Shown here: one piece after another, positions 41,593 through 52,226 of the stretch | Layout of the letters: each line of letters starts with the position of its first letter | Position numbering within the stretch: the stretch's first letter is position 1 | Assembly (NCBI GenBank): GCA_963752155.1 | Contig: CAVVXH010000011.1 | Coordinates: 64,001-128,000, forward strand | Direction: 5' to 3' | Length of the DNA: 64,000 nucleotides | Origin: an uncultured Parachlamydiaceae bacterium | GTDB taxonomy: Bacteria > Chlamydiota > Chlamydiia > Chlamydiales > Parachlamydiaceae | Position numbers and translations under genes: made by a program | The notes under the pieces: model-generated | What the model saw: the letters and a program-made list of their open reading frames with translations, nothing else | Told to the model about the DNA's origin: nothing | The model's database searches: none

Positions 41593-41991
41593 ATGACTTC
41601 AAAGAAATGCTCTGAATGGAATTCCATCGCATTATTTATTACTGCAGGATTTCTAGGTTTTTGCCTGAACATGAGCATTCTGACCCTTGCTTTGTGGCAG
41701 GGTATTACCGTAAAAATAGCGATCGTTTTAGGGATTTCAACTTCAACGATGTTCCTATTTATCCTTAACCGACATTTTGTCTTTTCTCATGCTCGTGACA
41801 AAAACATCAAATTCCAATTTTTTGGATTTATCACAGTCTGCTTTTTTGGAGGCCTCATCAATTATTTTTCTGCTACCACGTTGCTAGAGACTTTTCCATG
41901 GCTGATGGCACAAGTTGCAGAGGTTGCAGGATTAATCATTGGAGCTATCTTCAACTTTTTTCTCCTGCGTTACTTCGTTTTTGCTAAATAA
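41593..41991 (+). CDS. GtrA family membrane protein
   Basis: Four TM helices; FILNRHFVF and NFFLLRYFVF. Confidence 0.85.
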   Translation: MTSKKCSEWNSIALFITAGFLGFCLNMSILTLALWQGITVKIAIVLGISTSTMFLFILNRHFVFSHARDKNIKFQFFGFITVCFFGGLINYFSATTLLETFPWLMAQVAEVAGLIIGAIFNFFLLRYFVFAK

Positions 41992-41996
41992 AAGAT

Positions 41997-43346
41997 CTAC
42001 AGTGGTTGCTGAAAATCAGAATATTTAACGAGAGTGAACATCCCTGCTTCCAAATGGTAAAGAATATGACAATGTAATGGCCATACTCCTGGATTATTAG
42101 CATCAAATTGTATAGCTACCGTCGAATTTGGTGTGACAAGGATCGTGTCTCTCACAGCCCCTTCAAAAGGTATTCCGTCAATGGCTTTTACTTGAAAAAC
42201 ATGCCCATGGAGATGCATCGGATGCGACATCGCAGTACTGTTCTTGAAGATCAGTTCTACTCTTTGCCCCTTTTCCACAACAAGAGGAGTCGATTCAGGC
42301 CAAGCTTGATTGTTAATAGTCCAACTATATGTCGACATGTCTCCACCCAACTCTGCCATCAGTTGCTTATCGACTTTTTTGGATGGCAACGGATCCAAGG
42401 CTTGCAATTGACGTTCTTGAGCATTTGTCAAACGACCTACCTTTTCAGAAGCCTTTTCAGATATTTGCGGTACCTTAGCCCCCTTTGTGATCAAGATGAG
42501 ACCTGTTTGCCTATCAGTCCCTTCAGCCTGTGCTAATACGGGAAATACACCCCCTTCGTTAGGGATTCTAACGACAATATCAATCCGTTGCGCATCGGCA
42601 AGCTCGAATTGCGATCCTTTTAGTGGCTTGATCCTGTTGCCATCCACAGCGATTGCTTCCCCCGCCATGGATCTAAGATTGATAAAAAAATTAGTGGCAC
42701 TTGCTCCATTGATGATACGCAATCGGATCGTAGATCCAGCCTTAACCTCTACGACTTCCGGATTCTGAAGAGTACGCGAATTCGTTAGATAGGCATCATA
42801 ATCCACATCGACAATATCAAGAGAATTCATTTTCATTGATTTGTTTATATTTTTGCATCGAAGATTTTGAAAAATTCTTGTGGGTGATTGAAATGTAAAA
42901 TCGGCGAGCAAAAGAACGACTTCTTGATCGGCGATTTTTGCATCTTCGGGATCATCGATAATGAGTGGTGCACTTAAAAGATTTTGTTCCTGGAGTCCTA
43001 AATGAGAATGCATCCAAAACGTACCTGATTGGACTAGGGGAAACTGATAATGGTAGGATTGGCTTGGGTAGATAGGGAACTGTGTAATAAAAGCAACCCC
43101 ATCCTGATCATTGGGAAGAATGAGTCCGTGCCAATGCACAGAGGTCGGAACGTTGAGTTTATTTTTAAGCTGAACATTAAATTTTTGATCTTTATTAATT
43201 CTAATGCCAACGGAGCCATCGGGTTGAGCAATCGCAAAGACAGTTGCTTCTTGACCATTCACAACGATTTTCTTTTCAATGACATTGAGCTCTACAGCAT
43301 GAATTGACAAGGCAGACAATAGAGTGAATAATTTAAATAATCGCAT
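41997..43346 (-). CDS. Multicopper oxidase
   Basis: Copper motifs HWHG, WMHSH, HPMHLHGH and HCHILYHLEAGM; signal peptide. Confidence 0.95.
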   Translation of the reverse strand: MRLFKLFTLLSALSIHAVELNVIEKKIVVNGQEATVFAIAQPDGSVGIRINKDQKFNVQLKNKLNVPTSVHWHGLILPNDQDGVAFITQFPIYPSQSYHYQFPLVQSGTFWMHSHLGLQEQNLLSAPLIIDDPEDAKIADQEVVLLLADFTFQSPTRIFQNLRCKNINKSMKMNSLDIVDVDYDAYLTNSRTLQNPEVVEVKAGSTIRLRIINGASATNFFINLRSMAGEAIAVDGNRIKPLKGSQFELADAQRIDIVVRIPNEGGVFPVLAQAEGTDRQTGLILITKGAKVPQISEKASEKVGRLTNAQERQLQALDPLPSKKVDKQLMAELGGDMSTYSWTINNQAWPESTPLVVEKGQRVELIFKNSTAMSHPMHLHGHVFQVKAIDGIPFEGAVRDTILVTPNSTVAIQFDANNPGVWPLHCHILYHLEAGMFTLVKYSDFQQPL

Positions 43347-43373
43347 AAATTCTCCTTTAAGAGATCTAGATAA

Positions 43374-43577
43374 CTAGACTGTTAGCCCATTTTTTATGAC
43401 ATAAAAAAAGTAGATCAAAGTGAGACTCAAAATCAGCAATCCGATTTTGGCAGCCATTAAGCTCGTTTTTGTGGGATGTTTGTCAAAGAAAATTGTCCAA
43501 ATCATTAGCGGAAAACCATACAAGTACATAGCTACATATATCCAAAATGTTGTTCTATCCATATTTAACCAAAGCAA
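43374..43577 (-). CDS. Small two-TM hypothetical protein
   Basis: Two hydrophobic segments; same strand as, and just upstream of, the oxidase. Likely start MDRTT. Confidence 0.45.
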   Translation of the reverse strand: MLWLNMDRTTFWIYVAMYLYGFPLMIWTIFFDKHPTKTSLMAAKIGLLILSLTLIYFFYVIKNGLTV

Positions 43578-43732
43578 AAATTTTTAAGATAATCTATACC
43601 TCTATATCTCTCTTGTACAATATTTTAGCTATAAAATCTATAAAATCTTCCTATTCTCTATCCGAAAAATCACAAATATTGTATAATGAAAATCATGGCA
43701 TAAATATAATAAAAAATTTATATTGGAATAAT

Positions 43733-45505
43733 ATGTATTCAATTAAAACTGACAAAAAATCAATAGATCCTAATTTACAAATTGATTCGACCTGTACATC
43801 AAAATCTAGAAATTTCTTCTTTCAAATTATTGAAAGAATTAATCAAAGTGTTTCCGAGTATTTTCACTCTATCTGCGATCCATACGTCTATATAAGATGC
43901 TACCTTAATATTAAAGAAAAAGATTTAATTGCGAAAATAAAACTACAAGAAAAAAGTTATAATTTAACTTTAGAAGAAAAAAAGGAACAACTTCTAAGCG
44001 CCCAAAAGACGGCCAATATTTTCACGCATTGGATGATACAACGTCAATTGAATTCAATTTCAAATTTAATAGATCAACGAGATAACGCTCTAAACTTTCA
44101 ACAACTGATTGTTGAGAAACGAAAGAAGATGACCGAAATTGGAGGAGAATCTCACCCCATCCATTCTAACGGTAAAGTGTTAGATGGAATGTATTTCAAT
44201 CCTAAAAATTTTAGGTCTACTATAAAAAAAGCAGGGGGGAAATTTATTGCCATAAATGATCCTGCAAATGATCAAAAAATACTAATCCAAGGAATTTCAT
44301 TTTCTAAGGAAGATTATAACAAATCAGGCAAAAAGATTTTGAAAACTTTTAATAGACTTCGTTTTAAATCAGTTGAGGATTGGAGAATCATTGAACACGA
44401 AAATAAAATAATAATCATTAGAGGAAAAGACAAATCAAATCTAAAAAATATTGAAGAGATAGAAATAGATGAAAACAAAGAATCATCCGGTACTGTTGTT
44501 TTTACTTCCGGGGCTATTGGTCTCTATGAGACCCAAGGAAGAGAAGCACTCTATTTTTTATTTAATAATATGAATGTCATGTTATTCAATTTTCAAGGCT
44601 ATGGAGAAAGTGAGGGAATCCCTTCAGAAGAAGGATTAAAAAATGACATGGAAGAAGCCTTCTTGGCTGCACGTAAGAAATCGGGCCATTCAGATAAACA
44701 AATACTATTAAAAGGTCTCTGCCTGAGCTGCGGCCCAGCAGCCTATGTCGCTTCAAAATATCCCGAAACTAACCTTTTACTAGAAAAATCCTTCTCAAAT
44801 TTTAGAGTTCTCGCTAGAGAATCTTTTAAAAAACAAGTAAAAAATAATTTAGGTTCGCCTTACTGCAATCGATTTAAAAAAACAGTAATCGATTTAATCG
44901 CTTATGTAGTCGATTTAGTTTTTATTCATATTTTAGTTAAATATATACCCGACTTTCAGGTGGCAAATCAATTAGAAAAAAACACCGGAAGGAAAGCTAT
45001 ATTTTATTCTCGTCAAGATGAATTAATTTCTCGTCAACATCAACTTGAAATTATTCAAGCAATCAAAAAAATTTCATCTCATTCCGAATTAACTCTATTT
45101 TCCGATGAAGGGGATCATCTGAGCTCTTGGCTATATGAAAAAACTTATTGTATTGATCTTTATATAGAAAATGGACTCATTGATGTTGACAACAAAGAAA
45201 AATTAGAATTTTTATTAAACAGACGAAATAAAAAAATTAAAAATATTATAGAATATGAAAAATCCGTGCTTGAAAATAATAAAATATTAGCGATTGCTGG
45301 AGTCACTATAGAGTCGGGACCTACGTACAAAAATGAATTAATTGAAATATATAAAAATGAAGTAAATGAAATTGAAAAAGAATTAAACGAGTTACTCCCT
45401 AAAAATGTTTCAATAGACGATATATCCGGAGAGAATTTATCCGGAAAGCTAAAAGCTCGTACTCAAATGGACCGTTTCTTACGAAGTGCAGGTCTGTCAC
45501 TTTAA
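43733..45505 (+). CDS. Alpha/beta hydrolase (ABHD-like), putative secreted effector
   Basis: VMLFNFQGYGESEGIPSEEGL, elbow GLCLS, QDELI, GDHLSSW; AT-rich. Likely start MYSIK. Confidence 0.75.
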   Translation: MYSIKTDKKSIDPNLQIDSTCTSKSRNFFFQIIERINQSVSEYFHSICDPYVYIRCYLNIKEKDLIAKIKLQEKSYNLTLEEKKEQLLSAQKTANIFTHWMIQRQLNSISNLIDQRDNALNFQQLIVEKRKKMTEIGGESHPIHSNGKVLDGMYFNPKNFRSTIKKAGGKFIAINDPANDQKILIQGISFSKEDYNKSGKKILKTFNRLRFKSVEDWRIIEHENKIIIIRGKDKSNLKNIEEIEIDENKESSGTVVFTSGAIGLYETQGREALYFLFNNMNVMLFNFQGYGESEGIPSEEGLKNDMEEAFLAARKKSGHSDKQILLKGLCLSCGPAAYVASKYPETNLLLEKSFSNFRVLARESFKKQVKNNLGSPYCNRFKKTVIDLIAYVVDLVFIHILVKYIPDFQVANQLEKNTGRKAIFYSRQDELISRQHQLEIIQAIKKISSHSELTLFSDEGDHLSSWLYEKTYCIDLYIENGLIDVDNKEKLEFLLNRRNKKIKNIIEYEKSVLENNKILAIAGVTIESGPTYKNELIEIYKNEVNEIEKELNELLPKNVSIDDISGENLSGKLKARTQMDRFLRSAGLSL

Positions 45506-47308
45506 GCGCCCAGATATGCCTGAAAGACGTTGAGTTTTGCGTTCAACAGTCGCCTTTATCGTTATATCGTCGCCCCATAAAGTCAATTGGCGCCGTGCAC
45601 GAGTAACAGCAGTGTAAAAAAGCTCTCTTCCAAAAGACTCTGACCCCAACGGCAGCAACAAAAGCAAATGATCAAATTCACTCCCCTGGCTTTTATGCAC
45701 TGAAAGACAGTAGGCATATTCAAAAGGAGGAAGCATTAACGCCGCTACCTTCTTTATCCCCCCATCCTTACTTATGAAAAGAGCGTAATCACCGCATCTA
45801 AAATCAAAATCCCCCTGAGTCCCATAAACAATTGATTTGACTAAAACTCCAACTTCTCCATTAAATAGCTCCAGACGATAATCATTCTTGAGTAACATAA
45901 TAGGAGCTATAAATTGATTTCTATTCCCAACAACCGATGCTGACTTAATTTTCCGATTGATCAAATAATTAATTTCTTCTACGCCAAAAACACCTTTTCG
46001 CATTGGTGAAAGCAATCTGAAACTATTAAAATGATTTAAAAGATCTTTGGGTTCAAGCCCTTCTAAATTCTCCATTCTAAAACGTTCACAAGCATAATGA
46101 CAAAGCTCTTTTGCAATGGCACTATTCGTCTTGAGATCGGGCTCAATGATAAGGCGTTCTATACCCGAGGCACCGCTACCAAACAATTGAATCACCTCTT
46201 CCGCATTTCCTTGATTAATCGCAGCTGCAACATCGAGAATCCCCTGTAATTCTGAGCGTAAACATTGATGAAGCTTACTGACTCGAGAAATCTCACCCTC
46301 CTCATTAACAAAATCGGCAAATAAGCTTCCTGCTTCCACTGCAGGAAGTTGATGACTATCGCCTAACAAAATCAAACGAGATCCAGGTTTCATGGCCGCA
46401 AAAAGAGCTGCCATCAGGCGCACATCAATCATCGAAGATTCATCCACGATGACTAAGTCAAATGGCAATAATTCCGGATCTGTTGTGATGCTCGTCCCTT
46501 TCATGCCAAGAAGTGCATGCAAGGTTTTGGATTGCAAATTCGAAAGTTGACCTATCCCTTCTGTTGCCCTAAGAAGACTCTTTTGTAGATTTGCAGCTGC
46601 TTTTCCTGTTGGAGCTGCCAGAGCGATCTCAAACTTCTCTTGTTGATTTTTCTCTAATGCGTTCCACAGAGTGCAGATGAGGGTACCTGCCGTATAAGTT
46701 TTTCCTGTTCCAGGTCCTCCGCAAATCATCGTGAAAGTATGATCACAAGCATTCAATATAGCTTTAGCTTGATCAGGGAGTAACTTCTTTGAATTTTCAA
46801 GAGATTTAACTTGCTCGAAAATTTTACTTTTATCAAAACCTATACGAGGCTGATTTGAAATAAATCTACGATAATGAAAAAGAAAAAAGGTTTCATAAAA
46901 CCAATAACGTTGAAAATAAATTCTATTTCCCATTCGACATAAGGGCGTTTGTAGAGCATCTATTTCATCCACATCATTTCGAAGAACCGTCAGCAATTTC
47001 AAAGGTAATTGTTCTATTCCACGTGCAATCATGTCAGTCACTTGATCTAAATACTCCGATGCGTCTTCTTTCTGTAAAGATCCTTCTTCGGAATAACGGT
47101 TTTCATTCCATGCAGAACGTGGATCAGGCCAAACTTTATCACCATCAATTTCGATACACAAATGACCACGGCGTGCGGATAAAGAAAGGTGGCAGATCAA
47201 TGCTGCAGCACAATTGAGATTTAGAGAATCATCTCCTAAAAGCTCTTTTGCAAGGTATAAATCAAGAGAAGAAATGTAGCCGCTATCAGCCAAGGTCTCA
47301 AGAATCAT
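45497..47308 (-). CDS. recD: Exodeoxyribonuclease V alpha subunit
   Basis: GGPGTGKT, APTGKAA, VDESSM, GDSHQL..VEAG, SVHKSQGSEF, YTAVTRAR. Confidence 0.97.
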   Translation of the reverse strand: MILETLADSGYISSLDLYLAKELLGDDSLNLNCAAALICHLSLSARRGHLCIEIDGDKVWPDPRSAWNENRYSEEGSLQKEDASEYLDQVTDMIARGIEQLPLKLLTVLRNDVDEIDALQTPLCRMGNRIYFQRYWFYETFFLFHYRRFISNQPRIGFDKSKIFEQVKSLENSKKLLPDQAKAILNACDHTFTMICGGPGTGKTYTAGTLICTLWNALEKNQQEKFEIALAAPTGKAAANLQKSLLRATEGIGQLSNLQSKTLHALLGMKGTSITTDPELLPFDLVIVDESSMIDVRLMAALFAAMKPGSRLILLGDSHQLPAVEAGSLFADFVNEEGEISRVSKLHQCLRSELQGILDVAAAINQGNAEEVIQLFGSGASGIERLIIEPDLKTNSAIAKELCHYACERFRMENLEGLEPKDLLNHFNSFRLLSPMRKGVFGVEEINYLINRKIKSASVVGNRNQFIAPIMLLKNDYRLELFNGEVGVLVKSIVYGTQGDFDFRCGDYALFISKDGGIKKVAALMLPPFEYAYCLSVHKSQGSEFDHLLLLLPLGSESFGRELFYTAVTRARRQLTLWGDDITIKATVERKTQRLSGISGRLK

Positions 47309-48242
47309 TGAATGCTTTCTCAGCCTCTTTCTGAGCATTTAGACGTAAACTGTAATAAACAGCCGACAACATCAAAATGACCCCTAGTATTTCAGTATAT
47401 GGAGGAATTCTTTGTTCAATTAAATAAAAAAATAAAAGACCGAACAATGTTTCAAAAATAGTCAGTTCTCCGGCAAGTGAAACCGGAAGCCGCAAACTTG
47501 CATTATTCCACAAGTAGACTCCAACCCATGAGCACAAAATCCCCAATGTCAAACTACCTAAGATGTAATAGTACAAAGATTGAGAAGGGGTTGTAAATTT
47601 TTGCCAATTCTCCATCCCCTGCCAACTTTCATAAAGCGTTCCCAACACAGCAACCCATACAAATGTTGCTACGCCAATCATTGTAGACCAATCATGAGGA
47701 ACAACTTCCGGATTGCGTTTTAAAAATCGTGAATTCATCACGACGAACCAGCTCCAAGCAAATAGGGCTCCAAATGCGGAGAGGATTCCAAACCAGTAAT
47801 CAATTCCGACCTGAACTTCTAACAATGCGGGGACATTTACTAAAAGTAAGCCTACCAAAATCAAAATGGAGGGAATCACAAGATCTTGATATTTGCATTC
47901 TTTTTCAAGCCAATTCCCAAAAAACGAGATGACAATAGGACTTACGCCTAAAATCAAGGCTGTAATTGCCGGAGAAGCACAACTAACGCCTTTCACAACA
48001 CAGGAATAGTAGAAGATATTAGTGATTAGAGCAAAAAACAAAGCTTTAAGCCAATATCTGAGGGGATATGTTCTGAATTTTTTGTAGGAAATCAGAAAAA
48101 ACAACACGGAGACGATTCCAAAAACAGAATGCCTGCCCAAAGCAACTTCTAGAGGATCGAATCCGTGCACGAACATGGGCACAACAAAGATGAGCCCCCA
48201 CAAAAAGCAAGCTCCTAGAGCAAAAAGTGTTCCTTGAATCAT
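47298..48242 (-). CDS. EamA/DMT family transporter
   Basis: Ten TM segments; LWGLIFVVP, LWNNASLRLPVSLAG. Confidence 0.9.
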   Translation of the reverse strand: MIQGTLFALGACFLWGLIFVVPMFVHGFDPLEVALGRHSVFGIVSVLFFLISYKKFRTYPLRYWLKALFFALITNIFYYSCVVKGVSCASPAITALILGVSPIVISFFGNWLEKECKYQDLVIPSILILVGLLLVNVPALLEVQVGIDYWFGILSAFGALFAWSWFVVMNSRFLKRNPEVVPHDWSTMIGVATFVWVAVLGTLYESWQGMENWQKFTTPSQSLYYYILGSLTLGILCSWVGVYLWNNASLRLPVSLAGELTIFETLFGLLFFYLIEQRIPPYTEILGVILMLSAVYYSLRLNAQKEAEKAFNDS

Positions 48243-48291
48243 TTTTTTTTATCATTTATATAATAATGCGTTACAACATTCATTATAGACT

Positions 48292-48535
48292 ATTTAAACC
48301 TCTCCCGTCAAGCAATCGACTGATGCCATTGGAGCCTGACCTGGGGAGAAACGAAACGACGTTTTTCGACCAAAACCTTGCCATTTCTTTGTTGTAGCGG
48401 TTTAGAAAACTTGCTTGAGTTCTATCGAGGCTACGTCTGCGGCATGACTCGTATAGAGGCTGCGTTCTGCGGTGGCAAAGCCACGCGCACTCCAAAAAAT
48501 TTTTATCAAGTCAACTTGAAATAGCGCCAGATTTA
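48292..48535. repeat. Composite remnant of palindromic elements (family B leader plus family C right arm)
   Basis: 48358-48389 is identical to 23190-23221; 48468-48535 matches the right arm of the 54171-54453 element. Confidence 0.85.
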
Positions 48536-51500
48536 AAAAATTTGTAATGATGAACCACATCCACGCAAAAAAACGTAGAAAACACCGCCAAAAATCTCCT
48601 CAAAAGGCCTTTCATCCACCAACTTCAAGTAACGCTTTAAGGCTTCCTTATAAATATTTGCCTGTAGATAGTAATCATGACTCTGCATAGCTTGATCAAT
48701 TTCTTGCAAACTATAATGGCTCTCATCCGGTCCAAGCCAATTACTTTTCCAGTCCACAATGCAAAATTTGCCATTACATTCAAAAACAAGATCAATAACC
48801 CCCTTAAGAAAGCCCGGTCGCATTTCAAATTCTGGATGCAACAAATGTGTCGTCGGGTAAAGAAATTCATGTTCTCTGTAACATTGATCCTCTGCAAGAT
48901 TCTGTAAATAAAAAGAACCATTCCCAACTAACAGCGGAGTCGTTAGCGCATGATAAAGAATATCACTAATTACTTCAAGCCAAGCTTTAAAGGGTGTTTT
49001 ATAAATATACCGATCTACAAACGTTAACAACGCGTTGTTTCTTTTCCCCTCAGAAACAAAATAAAAAGGGATTTTCTCTAAAAGAGTATGCAATAAAGTC
49101 CCTGTAGAGCTTCCAGCTGGCAATGTATGAGGATTTTTATTGCTGCAGTCAAAATCACTCGGTGGTCGTACTTCTTCAAATGAAGGAGATGTCGAAGAAC
49201 TCCCTTTTGTAAGCGCTGTAAATGAATGCATGTAAAGAGGTTCACCCGGTATTTCTATTTTAGGGGGATCTCTTAATTCGAGATCATCTTGTTGATTCTC
49301 TTCTAAAAAAGGACTTGAAATTTTATCACTTTCATGAACTTCATCAAATGCTGAAAAAGTCATCTCAGAAATGTGACACTTATTCGCTAGCTGACGTATC
49401 TCTTCTAACGAAGTCTCTACTTTCAAATGTTGAATACGTTCATGCAAATCTTCAAAAGGAATTTGAGGTTGACCCAAAAGAGCCAAATAGAGCTCCATCG
49501 CTGAAGCTGCTCCAGGCTGACAAAGCTTACCCGGCGCTTCCAAAAAAAGAGGTATATAAAGCCGCTGTTTTGCTCGCGTAAAAGCCACATAAAGTTGACG
49601 AATCTTCTCTGCATCGATTTCTAACAAATATTCTACATAACGAGGATCACTTTCATCCTCTAGGGGGGTCAAAAGTGGAGGTAAATGATCGCTAGTTATA
49701 GGAACAAAGGGTGAAGGTCTTTTAGGACGCTTGACGACTCCTAAAGCAAAAACAATTTCAAATTCTAGTCCTTTACTTGAATGAATCGTAAGAATACGAA
49801 CCCCTTCTTTCTCTGGATTGATGCGCTGTTTGAGATTCTGATCCCCTTCTTCTTCAACTTGGAGCAACTCATCTAATGTTCGGAGGAGTCTATAAGGTGG
49901 CAACTTTTCTGATATCTCTTTTTCTATCAAAAACTCGGCTATCTGTTGAATGCCATGAAAGAGATCTAGCCCCCCCTCACGCATAAGCAAATTCTCCCCT
50001 ACGGTTTTTTCTAAGCCTGACCAAGAGCTTGCTAAAAACGCCTGATAAAAAGCAGAAAATCCATTGTCACGCCAAATCCTGCGCAAAGCCATTCCTTGAC
50101 TAATCAATTCTTCCATTCTTGAAGTTTGAGAATCGGCCAAAGCCAAAACTTCTGCTTGGGACCAACCCAACAAAGGACCTGCTAAGGCAATTTTTAGAGA
50201 GCTTTCTTTTTGCGGAGTCAAAATGGCCTGAAGCAACTCCCTCATGGCTCCAAAGGCTAACGTTTCTACGAGACTTTCGGCTCTTTGTGTCACATAAGGA
50301 ATTCCAAGCCTTTTAGATGGCTCCCTAAACGGGAAGCTTGAAAGCGATCGGCAACTAAAACTGCACAACTGCTTAAAAGAACTCCTCGCCCATGGAGCTG
50401 CTGAAGTTCCTTCACAATGAAAGGAAGGAGATACAATTCTTCAGCTTCTGCGAGTTTTTTGCTTTTACTTTCTTGCGCTTCCTTGAAAGCAAAAAAATGG
50501 ACAGCTCCGCGATTATCATCGTAAGACTGAACGGCCACTTTTCCACCACTCTTGACCGGCCTGTAAGGCAAAGATTCTCTAAGATGCGGTAGGGCAATAA
50601 GCCCAGGAACCGTCTCAGAAGAAAAAAGAAAATTCAATGCTTGTACAAGCGGTTCCGTCGAGCGATAATTCGTATCTAAAGATGCACGGCAACCATCCCC
50701 TAAAGCATTTCCTGCTGAAAGATAAGTATAAATATCTGCTTGACGAAATCCATAGATCGATTGTTTTGGATCTCCAACTAGATATAATCTTCCCTCAGCA
50801 AGCTCTTCGCTTAAAAAGAGAGTCTTAAAAATCCTCCATTGAATCGGATCTGTATCTTGAAATTCATCGATGATGGCTGTCGTATAGCGTTTACGGACCT
50901 TTGCTACAAAAGCAGGCTGCTGCACAGCTTTATCCATATAGGTGAGAAGATCATCAAAGCCTACGATCTCTTTTCTACGGAGATACGCCGAGACCATTTC
51001 TCTGCATTTATACCCAAGAGCTGCCAATATAAAATGGGGATTTCTAGCCACTTTAACGCAAGGTAAAAGCAAACTTACAAGCTTAGGGATCAATTCAGGA
51101 ATGTGAAGCTGGTTAGCTTCAGGAGGTTGTTTTTTTTTACCGAGATTCGTTAGATCAAATGCCTCCACCAAATAGAGACCATCAGGAATCAGTACATCGA
51201 AGTCAGCAAGCTCCCACATATCCTTAGCAAATAAGTCAGCAAATCTTGTAACTTTAGCCACATTCTCTTCTTTAGGTTTTTTCTGTTGATTGCAGATGCC
51301 TGTATAGAAAGGCGCTTGCAAAAGAAAATCTTCGTGAATATGTTTAGGAGTAGGATTTAGTTCCTGCTTTAATGAGTTCATTCCATGACAAAACTCTGTA
51401 AAGAGCTCTTGAATGGTCTTGACAGGAGCTATACCAATCCCCTTTGTCATAAGTAAAAACAGTACTTTTTCAAGCCCCTCAACGCCTTTCGTATCATTTA

Positions 51501-52054
51501 AAAGAAGTTTCAACTGACCGTAACTGACTAGATTTTCAGAAAGCATTGTTCGAAAAAAATCTTTGATTAAACGAGCATAAAGAGAAGGAGGAATTCCCTC
51601 CTCGTTTTCACCTAAAGAAGCACATACATCAGCTTCAAAAAGATATTCCTTCAACATTCGATGACAAAAGCCATGGATCGTAAAAACAGAAGCTTGTTCA
51701 AAACTCGCTAAAGCATCCTCTAACTGTCTTTTAGCATAAAGCTGCTTGGATTCTTGATTTTCTAGCAAGGCGGCTGAGATAATCCGGAGCACCTTCAATT
51801 TGATGGGATTCGATGATGGACAAAGCCTTCTGTATACTTTGTCGAATACGAGATTTAAGATCCGCAGTGGCTGCTTTCGTAAAAGTAACCACTAAAATAT
51901 TTTCAAGAAGGCAGGAGTTCTCTTCGTCGATTAAGAGCCTAACAATAATGTTCTCAATGGAATATGTTTTTCCAGTTCCGGCAGAAGCTTCTAAAATACA
52001 ATTGGAATGGATATTTTGGGTTCGCTCTAAAACTTGAAAAGAGGGAATTGTCAT
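48533..52054 (-). CDS. recB: Exodeoxyribonuclease V beta subunit, split by two frameshifts (~51775 and ~50312)
   Basis: ASAGTGKT, VTFTKAAT, TIHGFC, DEFQDTD, GDPKQSIY.FR.AD, TIHSSKGLEF, YVAFTRA, nuclease motif GVIDLV...DWKS. Confidence 0.93.
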
Positions 52055-52226
52055 TTAAGCCCTCTTTCACCTTTTCGGTCAAAAATACGGTCAGTCGAGA
52101 AGTGCCGAATGTGGTGATTTGCGACGAGGCAATAGCCTAAGCTATTGCCGAGGAGCAAAGCAGCGCAGTCGGCGTTTCGCAGTCGACCGTATTTTTGACC
52201 CAAAAGGTGAATGAGGCCACTTTTAA
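52055..52226. mobile_element. TTAA-bounded 168-bp palindromic element (family D, MITE-like)
   Basis: Hairpin TTCACCTTTTCGGTCAAAAATACGGTC...GACCGTATTTTTGACCCAAAAGGTGAA; TTTAAGCCCT is repeated at 52054 and 52222. Confidence 0.75.

Noticed and set aside
43547..43732. Extended N-terminus of the hydrolase ORF given in the ORF track
   Set aside because: It overlaps the divergent gene and promoter-like AT-rich DNA; ATG 43733 is more plausible.
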